From an uncultured virus (IMG/VR IMGVR_UViG_3300015371_000019) (lineage: Duplodnaviria > Heunggongvirae > Uroviricota > Caudoviricetes), in the IMG/VR virus record IMGVR_UViG_3300015371_000019: a stretch of 64,000 nt of DNA. The stretch is one strand, 5' to 3'. This document shows, piece after piece, positions 1-9,213 of the stretch (positions are counted from its first letter, which is position 1; the number at the start of each line of letters is the position of its first letter). The notes below the pieces were generated by a model that had not been told where the DNA came from, made no database searches, and worked only from the letters and a program-made list of their open reading frames with translations. A program made the position numbers and the translations under genes.

Positions 1-1
1 C

Positions 2-622
2 TCGCGGAGGCTGAACGCCGTGGTGGACCTAACCGTGATTGATACGGCCCTCTCCAACATCGCGGCGTCGGTCCGCCAAGCCCAAGAGAGGGTCGCCCTC
101 ACCGACGAGCGGCTGGTGGAGGCGAAGACGGAATTGGAGAAGTTGGAGCCGCAGCGAACCCGTGTCGAAGAGTTCAAGTCCCTCAAAACCCTACATGAAC
201 AATTCACCCAACACAATCAACGTCACGATCGATTGGTGTCCGTGCTCGGCCGAGTCCGTCAGTGTCGAGATCTGCAAAGGAACCTTGAGGAGAAATCCGA
301 TGATGGTCGCCGGGTGCTTGAGGATCTCCGGGGGCTACTTGATCTCACGGAGAAGAACGTCGAGCTGGTGGGTATTATCAGAGATGCGCGGGCTCTCCAA
401 GGAGTAAAGGCCCCGCCGGACTTTGCCGGGGTGGAGGCCGCCGACCAGGACCGAAGAAAGGCCGCCGTAGCTTACGCCGCATTGGATAGGATCGTAGAGT
501 CCATCCGGGTTGCGACCTCCAAGGCCATGAACGCGAGGGAGAAGCTCGAGGAAGCCGACCAGAAGTTCCACGCCCAAACGAAAGACAAACTATGCCCACT
601 TTGCAATCAAACCCTCTCCTAG
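2..622 (+). CDS. Rad50/SbcC-like recombination ATPase, N-terminal half (5'-truncated by window); coiled coil ending in Zn-hook
   Basis: Frame open from window edge; long coiled-coil; C-terminal CPLC; adjacent to Mre11-like gene. Confidence 0.65.
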   Translation, partial: SRRLNAVVDLTVIDTALSNIAASVRQAQERVALTDERLVEAKTELEKLEPQRTRVEEFKSLKTLHEQFTQHNQRHDRLVSVLGRVRQCRDLQRNLEEKSDDGRRVLEDLRGLLDLTEKNVELVGIIRDARALQGVKAPPDFAGVEAADQDRRKAAVAYAALDRIVESIRVATSKAMNAREKLEEADQKFHAQTKDKLCPLCNQTLS

Positions 623-696
623 TTTTGTTCCTCGCCTTCCTGGCCGGGTTCATTGGAGGGATCCTATTCTCTGTTTGGTTCATGTTAAGAAAATGA
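592..696 (+). CDS. Small membrane peptide (34 aa)
   Basis: MPTLQSNPLLVLFLAFLAGFIGGILFSVWFMLRK; fills the gap and its TGA overlaps the next ATG (ATGA). Confidence 0.5.
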   Translation: MPTLQSNPLLVLFLAFLAGFIGGILFSVWFMLRK

Positions 697-1604
697 AACC
701 TATAGCCATCGCAATCGCCGACCTCCACCTCTCCCTCCTTCAGCCCGTATGTCGGGCCGATAAGGATTGGATGGGAGTCCAAGCCCACTACCTCAAGCAA
801 GTCCGGGACTTGTCCCACTCCTTGAACCGGATCCAACCACTCCCGGTCCTCTGCGCCGGCGACATCTTCGACCGTTGGAACGCCCCGCCGGAGCTCATCA
901 ACTTCGCGCTGGAACACCTTCCCAATGGAATGCTTTGTGTGCCCGGCCAACACGACCTCCCGATGCACCGGATGGAGGAGATGCACCGGTGTGGATATGG
1001 AGTCCTCAAGCGGGTCGGAAAGATCCACGACATCAGCGGGAGGGTGGAGGGTTGGGAAGGGGCCTATGTACACGGGTTTGGTTGGGGCCAACGTATCCTT
1101 CCTTTCGACGGGAAGGGAGGCTATCTCCACATCGCCCTGATCCACGAATACTGTTGGGTGAAGGACAAGTCCTACCCCGGCGCCCCCGAAGGGTGCCACC
1201 TCAGCACCTTCACCTCCTCCCTAGCGGGATATGACGTGGCAGTGTTCGGTGATAACCACAAAGGGTTCCTGGCTGATTTGGTCGAGTCGGAAACGAAGGT
1301 GATCAACTGTGGAGGATTGATCCGCCGGAAGTCCGACGAGATCGACTACCAACCGAAAGTCGGGATCCTCTACGACGACGGATCCGTTCAACGCCATAGG
1401 CTCGACACCTCCATCGATAAGTTCCACGAGGACGCCGCCGAGCGGAAAGAGGTCCCGCTGAACATGGCCGAGTTCATCGAAGGGTTGGAGGCCTTAGGGG
1501 AACACGGGCTGAACTTTCGGGAGGCCGTCGAGAACCATTTACGGACCGAAGAGGTGGAGGAACGGACTAAGGAGATAATTTTGCGAGCCCTAGAACAAAC
1601 ATGA
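693..1604 (+). CDS. Mre11/SbcD-like metallophosphoesterase nuclease
   Basis: ADLH, AGDIFD, PGQHD, LIH, GDNH motifs. Confidence 0.85.
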   Translation: MKPIAIAIADLHLSLLQPVCRADKDWMGVQAHYLKQVRDLSHSLNRIQPLPVLCAGDIFDRWNAPPELINFALEHLPNGMLCVPGQHDLPMHRMEEMHRCGYGVLKRVGKIHDISGRVEGWEGAYVHGFGWGQRILPFDGKGGYLHIALIHEYCWVKDKSYPGAPEGCHLSTFTSSLAGYDVAVFGDNHKGFLADLVESETKVINCGGLIRRKSDEIDYQPKVGILYDDGSVQRHRLDTSIDKFHEDAAERKEVPLNMAEFIEGLEALGEHGLNFREAVENHLRTEEVEERTKEIILRALEQT

Positions 1605-1813
1605 AAAGCAAATACTGGTGCAGTCACATCACTGAAGGGGTGAGGCCCGATTCTCACCACGAGGGTTGGATCCTCTACCTCGACACAACCAACGCCCAAG
1701 TGATATCCGTCCCGCGGGGCTGGAAGATGTGTCCCGTCTGCGGGGCGGAACGTCCGACCGCCGCCAACAAGAAGGCGGCAAGGCACCGATTCCTAATGGA
1801 CAATGATCAATGA
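1601..1813 (+). CDS. Hypothetical protein with CPVC Zn-ribbon motif
   Basis: Coupled overlap with neighbours; CxxC. Confidence 0.55.
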   Translation: MKSKYWCSHITEGVRPDSHHEGWILYLDTTNAQVISVPRGWKMCPVCGAERPTAANKKAARHRFLMDNDQ

Positions 1814-2064
1814 AAGCCACCCACCAAGCCAAGATAGGGACCCACGAGGACGTAACAGCCTGGCAATTCTCCCATCACGACCACATCCCGGTGTGGGTTG
1901 CCCGCCGGTTCCACCTTATCGGAGGAAACAACTGGTCGGCCGTTACACCCAAGGATGAACTCGTCGAGGCGAAGCCGGGGGACTGGGCCGTTATGCTACA
2001 ACAGGAGGTGATCATTGTCCTCACCAACGACGAGTTCCAGAAGTGCTTCAAATCCCTACTATGA
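1810..2064 (+). CDS. Hypothetical protein
   Basis: ATGA-coupled ORF; AKPGDW motif typical of small phage proteins. Confidence 0.55.
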   Translation: MKATHQAKIGTHEDVTAWQFSHHDHIPVWVARRFHLIGGNNWSAVTPKDELVEAKPGDWAVMLQQEVIIVLTNDEFQKCFKSLL

Positions 2065-2318
2065 ACAACACGATCACGGAGGAGACTTATCGCCGGCTCA
2101 AGCGGGAGGTGGACGATGCCAAGTCGGAGGCGGAACGGGCGAAAGGAGCCCTCACCCAATTGATGAAACAGCTCAAGGAGGAGTTTGAGTGTTCCGACCT
2201 GAAGGAGGCCAAGGCCCTACTCACCGAGCTGGAGGAGAAGCGGGATAAGGCCCAGAAGAAGTTCGAGCGGGCCCTCGAGGAGTATGAACAGAAGTGGAAG
2301 AAGGACGGAAAGGAATGA
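2061..2318 (+). CDS. Coiled-coil protein (probable Rad50-associated segment)
   Basis: E/K-rich heptads; coupled to the downstream ATPase half. Confidence 0.6.
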   Translation: MNNTITEETYRRLKREVDDAKSEAERAKGALTQLMKQLKEEFECSDLKEAKALLTELEEKRDKAQKKFERALEEYEQKWKKDGKE

Positions 2319-2890
2319 TCAACATGACGCTGGAACAGGAAGAGGAGGCCGTCGGACGCCTGGAAGTCCAACTCAAGCTCCTTGAACGGACGGTCGAAGA
2401 GGAAACGAAGGCTAAGGGTAAAGCTGAGCGGGTCCTCTGCCGGACTCAAGACGCGCAGGAGATCCTCCAACTCCTTGCCCAAGCTGTCCAGCAACAAGCC
2501 CACCAGAAAATAAGCGGGGTAGTCAGCTCGTGTCTTTCGGCTGTCTTCGACGATCCCTACGAGTTCCGGGTCCAATTCGACCGGAAGCGCGGACGCACGG
2601 AGGCCTCGCTCCAATTCGTAAGACAGGAATTGGTAGTGGATCCTCTCACGGCCAGCGGAGGCGGGATCGTAGATGTCGCGGCCTTCGCCTTGCGTGCGGC
2701 TTGCTTAATGCTCCACCGGCCCCGCCTCAGCAAGATCATCCTACTCGACGAGCCGTTTAAGTTTGTGTCCGCCCAGTACCGGGAGAATGTTCGGACGATG
2801 CTCGAGGAGTTGGCGAAGGACATGGGCATCCAAATCATACAAGTCACCCATATTGAAGAGCTGGAAACGGGGAAGGTGATTGAACTCTAA
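2315..2890 (+). CDS. Rad50/SbcC-like ABC ATPase, C-terminal half
   Basis: Signature ASGGG, Walker B IILLDEPF, H-switch QVTH; no Walker A. Confidence 0.8.
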   Translation: MINMTLEQEEEAVGRLEVQLKLLERTVEEETKAKGKAERVLCRTQDAQEILQLLAQAVQQQAHQKISGVVSSCLSAVFDDPYEFRVQFDRKRGRTEASLQFVRQELVVDPLTASGGGIVDVAAFALRAACLMLHRPRLSKIILLDEPFKFVSAQYRENVRTMLEELAKDMGIQIIQVTHIEELETGKVIEL

Positions 2891-2970
2891 GTCTGGGAAG
2901 GGTCCTCCTTGCCCAATTCAAGGGTGCCCGACAGGGCGTGGTTTGTGTTCTAGGGTTCCTTCCCAGACTT
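2889..2970. other. Inverted-repeat structure at convergent gene junction (terminator or small RNA)
   Basis: 13-bp perfect IR AAGTCTGGGAAGG 2889-2901 / 2958-2970 enclosing two small hairpins. Confidence 0.5.
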
Positions 2971-2977
2971 GTAGAGG

Positions 2978-3070
2978 TCATAACATAGCCAACGCTATGA
3001 TGGTTGCCGCGACGCCAAGGGTCCCTAGTATCACGATCCATTTCCAGAGCTCCTTGGACTTGTCGCTCAT
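2978..3070 (-). CDS. Small membrane peptide (30 aa)
   Basis: MSDKSKELWKWIVILGTLGVAATIIALAML; ATG overlaps pilin stop. Confidence 0.5.
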   Translation of the reverse strand: MSDKSKELWKWIVILGTLGVAATIIALAML

Positions 3071-3444
3071 TCGGAAGAGATCTCGGAGCCGCCGGAGTAG
3101 CTGCCGAGCTTGATCGTCCCCGGCAATTTGGCTTTGCTCGGAGAGCCAACTACCGTCGCGTCGTAGGTTTCCCCGACCACGGACTTGACGTTCCCTCCTT
3201 TGATGTAGCCGGCGAGCCCGTTGGTTGACCAATCGGGAGTGTCACCCGTCCCCTTCTTCATCTCTAGGGCCCACTGATCCTTCGCCCCCTCAATGATCCG
3301 AAGGTTGTTGAGGATGGAGTTGAGTTGGGCGTTCTCCCGGGCCTTGACGAAGTTCGGGATGGCAATGGCCGCCAACAAGCCGATGATGGCGACGACGATC
3401 ATGATTTCAACCAACGTGAATGCACTGCTTTGTTTTGTGTTCAT
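3067..3444 (-). CDS. Type IV pilin-like protein (prepilin cleavage/methylation motif)
   Basis: Short basic leader then A|FTLVEIMIVVAIIGLLAAIAIP with E5 and P22. Confidence 0.9.
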   Translation of the reverse strand: MNTKQSSAFTLVEIMIVVAIIGLLAAIAIPNFVKARENAQLNSILNNLRIIEGAKDQWALEMKKGTGDTPDWSTNGLAGYIKGGNVKSVVGETYDATVVGSPSKAKLPGTIKLGSYSGGSEISSE

Positions 3445-3458
3445 AGTTTCCTTTCATT

Positions 3459-3599
3459 TCATCCGACATTGAATCCGGCGTGGAAGAGGGCCCAAATCCA
3501 GGCGGCTGTGATGGCGCCTACGAGGGCAATCCAAAGCAGCAACCAAACCACCGACCAAACCACCTTGCTAGGCTTCTGTTCTCTTGTGGTGATTTTCAT
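3459..3599 (-). CDS. Small membrane protein (46 aa)
   Basis: MKITTREQKPSKVVWSVVWLLLWIALVGAITAAWIWALF...; ATGA overlap with upstream gene. Confidence 0.55.
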   Translation of the reverse strand: MKITTREQKPSKVVWSVVWLLLWIALVGAITAAWIWALFHAGFNVG

Positions 3600-4528
3600 C
3601 GTCCAAGGGCTGTTCGCAGCGTAGTGTAACGGTTTGTAAGATTGGTTGCGTCCGTGGAGGAAAGTCCCGTCCCGATAGAATAGAACTCAAACTTTCGTGC
3701 CGTCGGGTTCACGAACGAACCCATGTAGTTCATGCAGTGAAAGCTGATCTCCATACTGACTCTAGCTGGACCAGACGTGGTATCTGTGGCCTTTGACGTT
3801 CCGTTCTTGTAAATGGCTATCGCACTTGAAGAGGTTCGGCTGGCGATGTAATGGCCGATACCGATTGGACTTGTATCGGTGAAAGCTATGCCTCCTGCAA
3901 CATCACTCTTTGTCCAAAACGCCGCCAAGGTATCGTTGCCACCCGTGGTTGAACCTATGTATAACCCGCAAAAGGCGGCGCCGTTCACTGTGTTCTGCAT
4001 CGTGATTCCCGCGTCCGGTCCTTCACGAATGTAGAATGACATGTGGATATTTTGGTCCCCCATCAACACGGAATCAAATTGCAAGCCGGTGCGGATGTAC
4101 TTCGACGTAGAAGTGCTCCCTCCCAACCCGGTCGCCTGGGCGTAGTCGCCGCTAACAAAATTGACACGCGTGTCCGTGGCGCTCCCGCCCGTGTTCTTGA
4201 GCGGAGCGCTGATCGCAGCCAACCCGTCGCCCGCGTAGATGCCACAGCGAACGAGCTTGGTCCATGTCGCATCTGTCAAGCAACCGTCGATAAAGATGCC
4301 CACCGCCGTCCGAGTGCCCGCAATGGTAACGTCCGATCCTTGCCCCTGAACCCTCGTCACCCAATCGCTGAGAGCAGCGGCCGCCGCCGCACTGATCCCG
4401 GCAAACAAACCTCTTTGTGGACCGGGAAGGACTACACCGGCCTCAATCCTATCCAACGGCACCATCAACGTGGCCGCCGGGACGAAGATCAAACCCGTCT
4501 TAATGAAGTTCCTACGGGAGAATTTCAT
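3596..4528 (-). CDS. Tat-signal protein with beta-rich (LamG/ConA-like) domain
   Basis: N-terminal SRRNFIK twin-arginine motif plus hydrophobic stretch; G/T/S-rich beta strands, IAIYKNG motif. Confidence 0.65.
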   Translation of the reverse strand: MKFSRRNFIKTGLIFVPAATLMVPLDRIEAGVVLPGPQRGLFAGISAAAAAALSDWVTRVQGQGSDVTIAGTRTAVGIFIDGCLTDATWTKLVRCGIYAGDGLAAISAPLKNTGGSATDTRVNFVSGDYAQATGLGGSTSTSKYIRTGLQFDSVLMGDQNIHMSFYIREGPDAGITMQNTVNGAAFCGLYIGSTTGGNDTLAAFWTKSDVAGGIAFTDTSPIGIGHYIASRTSSSAIAIYKNGTSKATDTTSGPARVSMEISFHCMNYMGSFVNPTARKFEFYSIGTGLSSTDATNLTNRYTTLRTALGR

Positions 4529-5508
4529 TGGGTCCCTCCATAGCTAATCACCAACGGGCCGGAAAAGGAGATCGCTGTGCTCGCGTCCGATCCGTCCCGG
4601 GCCAACCGGATCCTCCACAACTGGCCGGCCGTGACGTTTGAGTTCCAGTTGGTGAGTATGACGTTGCTAATCGTTTCCACGTCCCCGCTCGCACCGGAGG
4701 CGTCGCCCGCAAAGGTAAGGTTCACCGTTTGCCCCAACGTCGGAGAGTCGTAGGTGGAGGAGTCCGCCCCGCTTACCATCGTGAGTACATAGGTATGGGC
4801 CCCGGTGTCCGCCGCCCCGAGCCGGAACTTAAACCGCTCGACCTTGAGGTTGACTCCGGTGTCAATATCCTCCGGGACGGTCAGGGTGTATTCGACGTAA
4901 TTGGTGGCCACCCCTCCGGCCGCGGCGAAGACTGCCTGGCCGAAGTAGGGTGTCGTGTTGGTTGTGGCCGGGACCGCCCCGGTGCCCTCGAAGGAGTGTG
5001 GATGGGTTAAGACAATGTACTCCTTCTTCTTGAGAGAATGACTGCCACCGTCCGCCGTGGTTTGTATGGTCCCGATCCTCGCAGCGTCGAGGGTCCCGCT
5101 GGTGATCTTACTAGCGGCCAGGTTTGGAATATCCGCCGCCACAAGGGCACGCAAGGAGGCCGCCCCCGTCATCCCGTCCGGGGTGGCGAGGATAGTGTTA
5201 GCGGTTTGCCCGGATGCGGCGGTGACTGCTAGGGTCCCGCTCGAAGTCACCGGACTCCCGGCAACCGTTAGCCAGGACGGGACGGTCAGGGCTACGCTCG
5301 TCACCGTCCCTGCTCCTCCCACGGTTGTGTCCACGTAACCCTTCGTGGCAAGATCTCCGCTCAAGGAGGGTGAGGCGGAGTTGGTGCCCTTGAACCCTCC
5401 CATGTTCAGGTGGCTCTGTAACTTCCCGTTGTTGATGAAGAAGGGAGTTGTAGCTGCCATGAGCAGCCCTGCCCCCAACACGAGGATGCCTAGTTTTTTG
5501 TAGTTCAT
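4525..5508 (-). CDS. Tail-fibre-like protein with N-terminal signal peptide
   Basis: MNYKKLGILVLGAGLLMAA; ATKGYVD, GTVTSVAL and LAASKITSGTL fibre-type motifs. Confidence 0.6.
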   Translation of the reverse strand: MNYKKLGILVLGAGLLMAATTPFFINNGKLQSHLNMGGFKGTNSASPSLSGDLATKGYVDTTVGGAGTVTSVALTVPSWLTVAGSPVTSSGTLAVTAASGQTANTILATPDGMTGAASLRALVAADIPNLAASKITSGTLDAARIGTIQTTADGGSHSLKKKEYIVLTHPHSFEGTGAVPATTNTTPYFGQAVFAAAGGVATNYVEYTLTVPEDIDTGVNLKVERFKFRLGAADTGAHTYVLTMVSGADSSTYDSPTLGQTVNLTFAGDASGASGDVETISNVILTNWNSNVTAGQLWRIRLARDGSDASTAISFSGPLVISYGGTQ

Positions 5509-6260
5509 GTGATTACGTGGTAGTGGAGTTTGTAGTTAGTGGAATCTGTCATACCTGATAGGGCGAAAGTAAAACCGTCGGACGTAGGGGCGTCCACCAA
5601 ACAAGCTGACATGAACCCGCCTCCGGTCGGGATCTGAACCGTCAGAAGCACGGCCGTGGGAGATCCGCTGTCCAAGTCCAACCCGGTGACGGTTCCTCCG
5701 CTCACCCCGTTGCCGAGGGCCAACGTTCCGCAGACCCCAACCGCCCCGTCCACGTAACCCTTCGTGACGGCGTGGGTGGGATTGGTTGGAGGATCCGGTG
5801 ATAGTAGGGACACTTGACCATTAAAGAAGGCGCTTCCGTCAATCCCAAGGGCAATGACAGTGGCACTACTAGAATCTATGACTGAGATCTGAGACTTGGC
5901 GACGATGGAGTTGGTGGTGAAGTTCAGCAACCTCCACACCTTCTCATTCGTCGTCCCGGCGTAGTCGTCCGGCCGGATAAAGTAGGGTGAGTTCTCGGCA
6001 GTGGTGGCGGAGATGAGCCGGTAGATGTGGGTGCTGTTACTAATCACCACAGCTATCATTGTCCCCACCGCCATATCTACCGTCGCAATCCCGTCGAGGC
6101 CCGTGGCCCCGCCTCCCGTTAGGGCCGTGACTCCATAACGGGTTTGCACCGGGGTCACACTCGCGTCAGGATCCGCAAACCCGTTGAGGAGGTCGATCGC
6201 GTCGTTGAGCTTACCTCGAACGGAGGCACCTGTTTCATTATTGGCAATGCTGTCGATCAT
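5505..6260 (-). CDS. Tail fibre/adapter protein
   Basis: Directly after J-like gene; VTKGYVD motif shared with the next gene; G/T-rich. Confidence 0.6.
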   Translation of the reverse strand: MIDSIANNETGASVRGKLNDAIDLLNGFADPDASVTPVQTRYGVTALTGGGATGLDGIATVDMAVGTMIAVVISNSTHIYRLISATTAENSPYFIRPDDYAGTTNEKVWRLLNFTTNSIVAKSQISVIDSSSATVIALGIDGSAFFNGQVSLLSPDPPTNPTHAVTKGYVDGAVGVCGTLALGNGVSGGTVTGLDLDSGSPTAVLLTVQIPTGGGFMSACLVDAPTSDGFTFALSGMTDSTNYKLHYHVIT

Positions 6261-6263
6261 AGG

Positions 6264-8825
6264 TCAATCATCGTTCCAGATTTTGTTATCCTTCCACACA
6301 CCGTCGTCGTCCCACACTCCATCCTCGAGGATCCACCGGCCCAACTCAATGGAGTCCTGGATCCAAGGACCCTGTCCCAAATTGATCGCGGCTACCCGCA
6401 CATAAAGTAGGCCCGGTTCGGCAATGAACAAGGCCGACGTTCTTACGGTGTCCGCCCGGTACTGCCAGTTTGTCCCGTCGGTGGACGTTTGTACAATATA
6501 GGATTGGGCCCCAAACGCCGCGAGCCAGGAGGCCTGAACGTAGTCGTCCACTTGGGAGAGGTAGAGGGCCGGGATCACCGGGAGGTCGGGCGTCACCGGA
6601 GGCAAGGACGGGAAGGTGAGTGGCGGAGCAATCAAGTCGTCGAACGAGTGAATCGTCTGATCCTCGTTCACGCAAGTGACCTTGATCCGTTCCCCTCCCA
6701 TTGGTTCAATCTTGACCACCCTCCCATACTTCGTCCACTGCTCGGCAATTCCGAACATGAACAACATTGGATCGGTCCGCCCGGTGAGGAGGAAGTCCAC
6801 CTCCTCACCCGTAGTAGTAATGGTCACCTTCTTAGTGTCCTCGGTGGACTCCGCAACGAAGGGACCCAACACCTCACCCTTACTCCCACGCAACAGGATG
6901 GCGTGTTCCTGCCCCTCCGTAAACGTAACGGGCTCTGACAGGAAAAGGTCAAAGCGATTACAACCCTCCAGGTCCCTCACCGCCACGACGTAGCCGGATT
7001 GGCCCCACCTTGGCATATCGTGGGCGATCAGGACGAGGTCGCCGAAGCTAGGGATGAAACCCTCCATCCCGGTGTCGAAGGAAATGTTCTCCCGAAGGTA
7101 TCGTTGGGAGGCGAGTATGTACAAGCCTTCCCTGTAGGCATGATTCCGGTCCTGGATGCCGGGGAACCGCAGGTCCATTGGGTTGTCTGTGGTCCCGCCG
7201 GGGAGGACGGCGAGCACCTGCTCTTGTTTATAGCCGGTGTCCGGGTCCGTGTACTCTACCGAAATGGAATCGTTCTCGTTAGGTTCCCACAGTTTCACGG
7301 ACCACTCGAAGGAACCTTTGACCATATTGTTCGGGGTAAACATGGTCACCGGGACGGTGAGTGGCCCGTCCCTCCGCATCGTAATGAGGGATCCTATCAG
7401 CAACGGGACCGCCCGGCCTACCCTCGCCACAACCTTCGCCGCCTCCCACACCGTAATAGCATCCCGGAACGTCCAATCAAAATGCTCACCCCGGCCCTCG
7501 TAGAAGTCGTCGAGGTCGAGGAGCGCATCCCAATCGAAGAACTTATCCTCGACCACCCTCGCCCCGTAGGCACTGTTGCGGAAGATGTCCACGAACGCCC
7601 ACACGATGGACCGGGTGGCTACGGGCACCGTGAAGCTGGCCCCGCTCGAGTCATCGTGCCCGCGGGTAGGTAGTTTTCGGGTCGCGAGGACGTTGAACCG
7701 TTCCTGGGTCCGCGAGTTGAGGTTGTTCGTGGCCCGGATCTTCACGGCGAGGAGGGTGACGTTGCCGAAGTCGGGCTCGTCCCCGACGAGGAAGGAGCGC
7801 ATACTCTCCCACACCACATCGTAGCCGACCTTGGAGGAGAGGCTCTTAGTCCCGGACCGCCGGACCCGGGCCTCGTAGCGGCCGGCCGCCACCACGTCCC
7901 CGATTGTCCTTCGTTGCGGGGTAGTAGTCGCTCCAACAATGGTCGGGTTGAGGAAGAGGACCCAATCACCCAACGGATCTCCAAGATCGTCGATCAGCCG
8001 GATCTCCACTTCCAGGGTGACTTCAATGGAATGCATGTCACCCTTCTTATTGTCCATGTTGTAGATGCCCTTCGGAAACACGAAGTCAAACTCCAGTCTT
8101 TCGGTCGTCTCGCCTACCGGGACGGCCGGGAACGGTCCCGCATAACCTGGGGCGACATACTCCGGCTCGTTCTCGGCAAACAACGTTTGCCCGCCGGCCT
8201 CCACGGACGTGTAAACGTTCGTCTTGAAGAGGGTCGTTTGGTCGCCGGGCTCGAGGAGTTCATACTCCACCTCCTGATAGTCGTTGATGTCCGTATCGCC
8301 CACTTGGATGTTGTGGATCTCGTAAGTTCCCTGCCCGATGCAGAACAACGAGTGCTGGAATTGATCGTTGTCCACGTAGCGGAAGAAGGGACGGGATGCC
8401 AGGCTAGGGTAGATTCTGTTCCGGCCATAGTTCACCTCAATAGGCTCACCCAACCGGATGCTATTCCGCTGGCCGGAGGTGGAGAACACCGGGTCCGAGC
8501 CGGGCTGTTCGCCGGGCGTTGTTGGCTGGCCTAAGGTGAGGGCCAGGACGACCGCTACGATCAACAGCACAACCAAAACAATAACCCACACCCAACCTGG
8601 AGCCGCCACAAAGTTGATGACGTCGTTGGGCTTGATCTCCTTGTCCCAATCCCGGCGGAGGGTCGGTTGCCCGTTGACTATACAAACGGTTGGCTGGTTG
8701 AACTCGATGAAGCCGGGGTAGGTCAAGTGGAGCCACTCCCTAATGCTGACACCTCCGGGGTGGACGTGCTTTCGCAGCCCGATCAACGGCTCAAACGCAT
8801 TAGGTGTTTCAACTATGACGGCCAT
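6264..8825 (-). CDS. Central tail tip / host-specificity protein (lambda J-like, with I-like N-terminus)
   Basis: 853 aa; GEPIEVNYGRNRIYP motif, FN3-like C-terminus; follows NlpC/P60 gene. Confidence 0.85.
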   Translation of the reverse strand: MAVIVETPNAFEPLIGLRKHVHPGGVSIREWLHLTYPGFIEFNQPTVCIVNGQPTLRRDWDKEIKPNDVINFVAAPGWVWVIVLVVLLIVAVVLALTLGQPTTPGEQPGSDPVFSTSGQRNSIRLGEPIEVNYGRNRIYPSLASRPFFRYVDNDQFQHSLFCIGQGTYEIHNIQVGDTDINDYQEVEYELLEPGDQTTLFKTNVYTSVEAGGQTLFAENEPEYVAPGYAGPFPAVPVGETTERLEFDFVFPKGIYNMDNKKGDMHSIEVTLEVEIRLIDDLGDPLGDWVLFLNPTIVGATTTPQRRTIGDVVAAGRYEARVRRSGTKSLSSKVGYDVVWESMRSFLVGDEPDFGNVTLLAVKIRATNNLNSRTQERFNVLATRKLPTRGHDDSSGASFTVPVATRSIVWAFVDIFRNSAYGARVVEDKFFDWDALLDLDDFYEGRGEHFDWTFRDAITVWEAAKVVARVGRAVPLLIGSLITMRRDGPLTVPVTMFTPNNMVKGSFEWSVKLWEPNENDSISVEYTDPDTGYKQEQVLAVLPGGTTDNPMDLRFPGIQDRNHAYREGLYILASQRYLRENISFDTGMEGFIPSFGDLVLIAHDMPRWGQSGYVVAVRDLEGCNRFDLFLSEPVTFTEGQEHAILLRGSKGEVLGPFVAESTEDTKKVTITTTGEEVDFLLTGRTDPMLFMFGIAEQWTKYGRVVKIEPMGGERIKVTCVNEDQTIHSFDDLIAPPLTFPSLPPVTPDLPVIPALYLSQVDDYVQASWLAAFGAQSYIVQTSTDGTNWQYRADTVRTSALFIAEPGLLYVRVAAINLGQGPWIQDSIELGRWILEDGVWDDDGVWKDNKIWNDD

Positions 8826-9213
8826 AACGGAAGAACTTTATAGTGCGGACACCTTTGATCCGCAAGTCCTTTATTGTGTCAGCTACTACGGAGAGTCCAT
8901 GCCAGGCGTGGACTACTTTCCCTCCGTCCGCTCCCACCCAAATCCCTACGTGATGGGGAATCTCTTTGAGCCCCATAGCCACCGCGTCCGTATCGTCGGG
9001 CTTGGGAACCTCCTCCCAATCCTTACTCCGCTCCTGGATCTCCCGGGTAATGACCAATGGCGATCCTTGGATGATGCCGGGGAGGACCGGAAGATCAATC
9101 CCCAACTCGTGACGATAGACCAAGTAAAGCAGACCCCAACAATCCACTCCTTGCCAATCCCGCCCGCCTTCGACGTAAGGGAGGCCTATGTATTTGGCGA
9201 TCCAGTGCATCAT
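8809..9213 (-). CDS. NlpC/P60 tail assembly protein (lambda K-like)
   Basis: GLPY..GGRD..GVDCWGL, HVG, VVHA. Confidence 0.9.
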   Translation of the reverse strand: MMHWIAKYIGLPYVEGGRDWQGVDCWGLLYLVYRHELGIDLPVLPGIIQGSPLVITREIQERSKDWEEVPKPDDTDAVAMGLKEIPHHVGIWVGADGGKVVHAWHGLSVVADTIKDLRIKGVRTIKFFRYGRHS

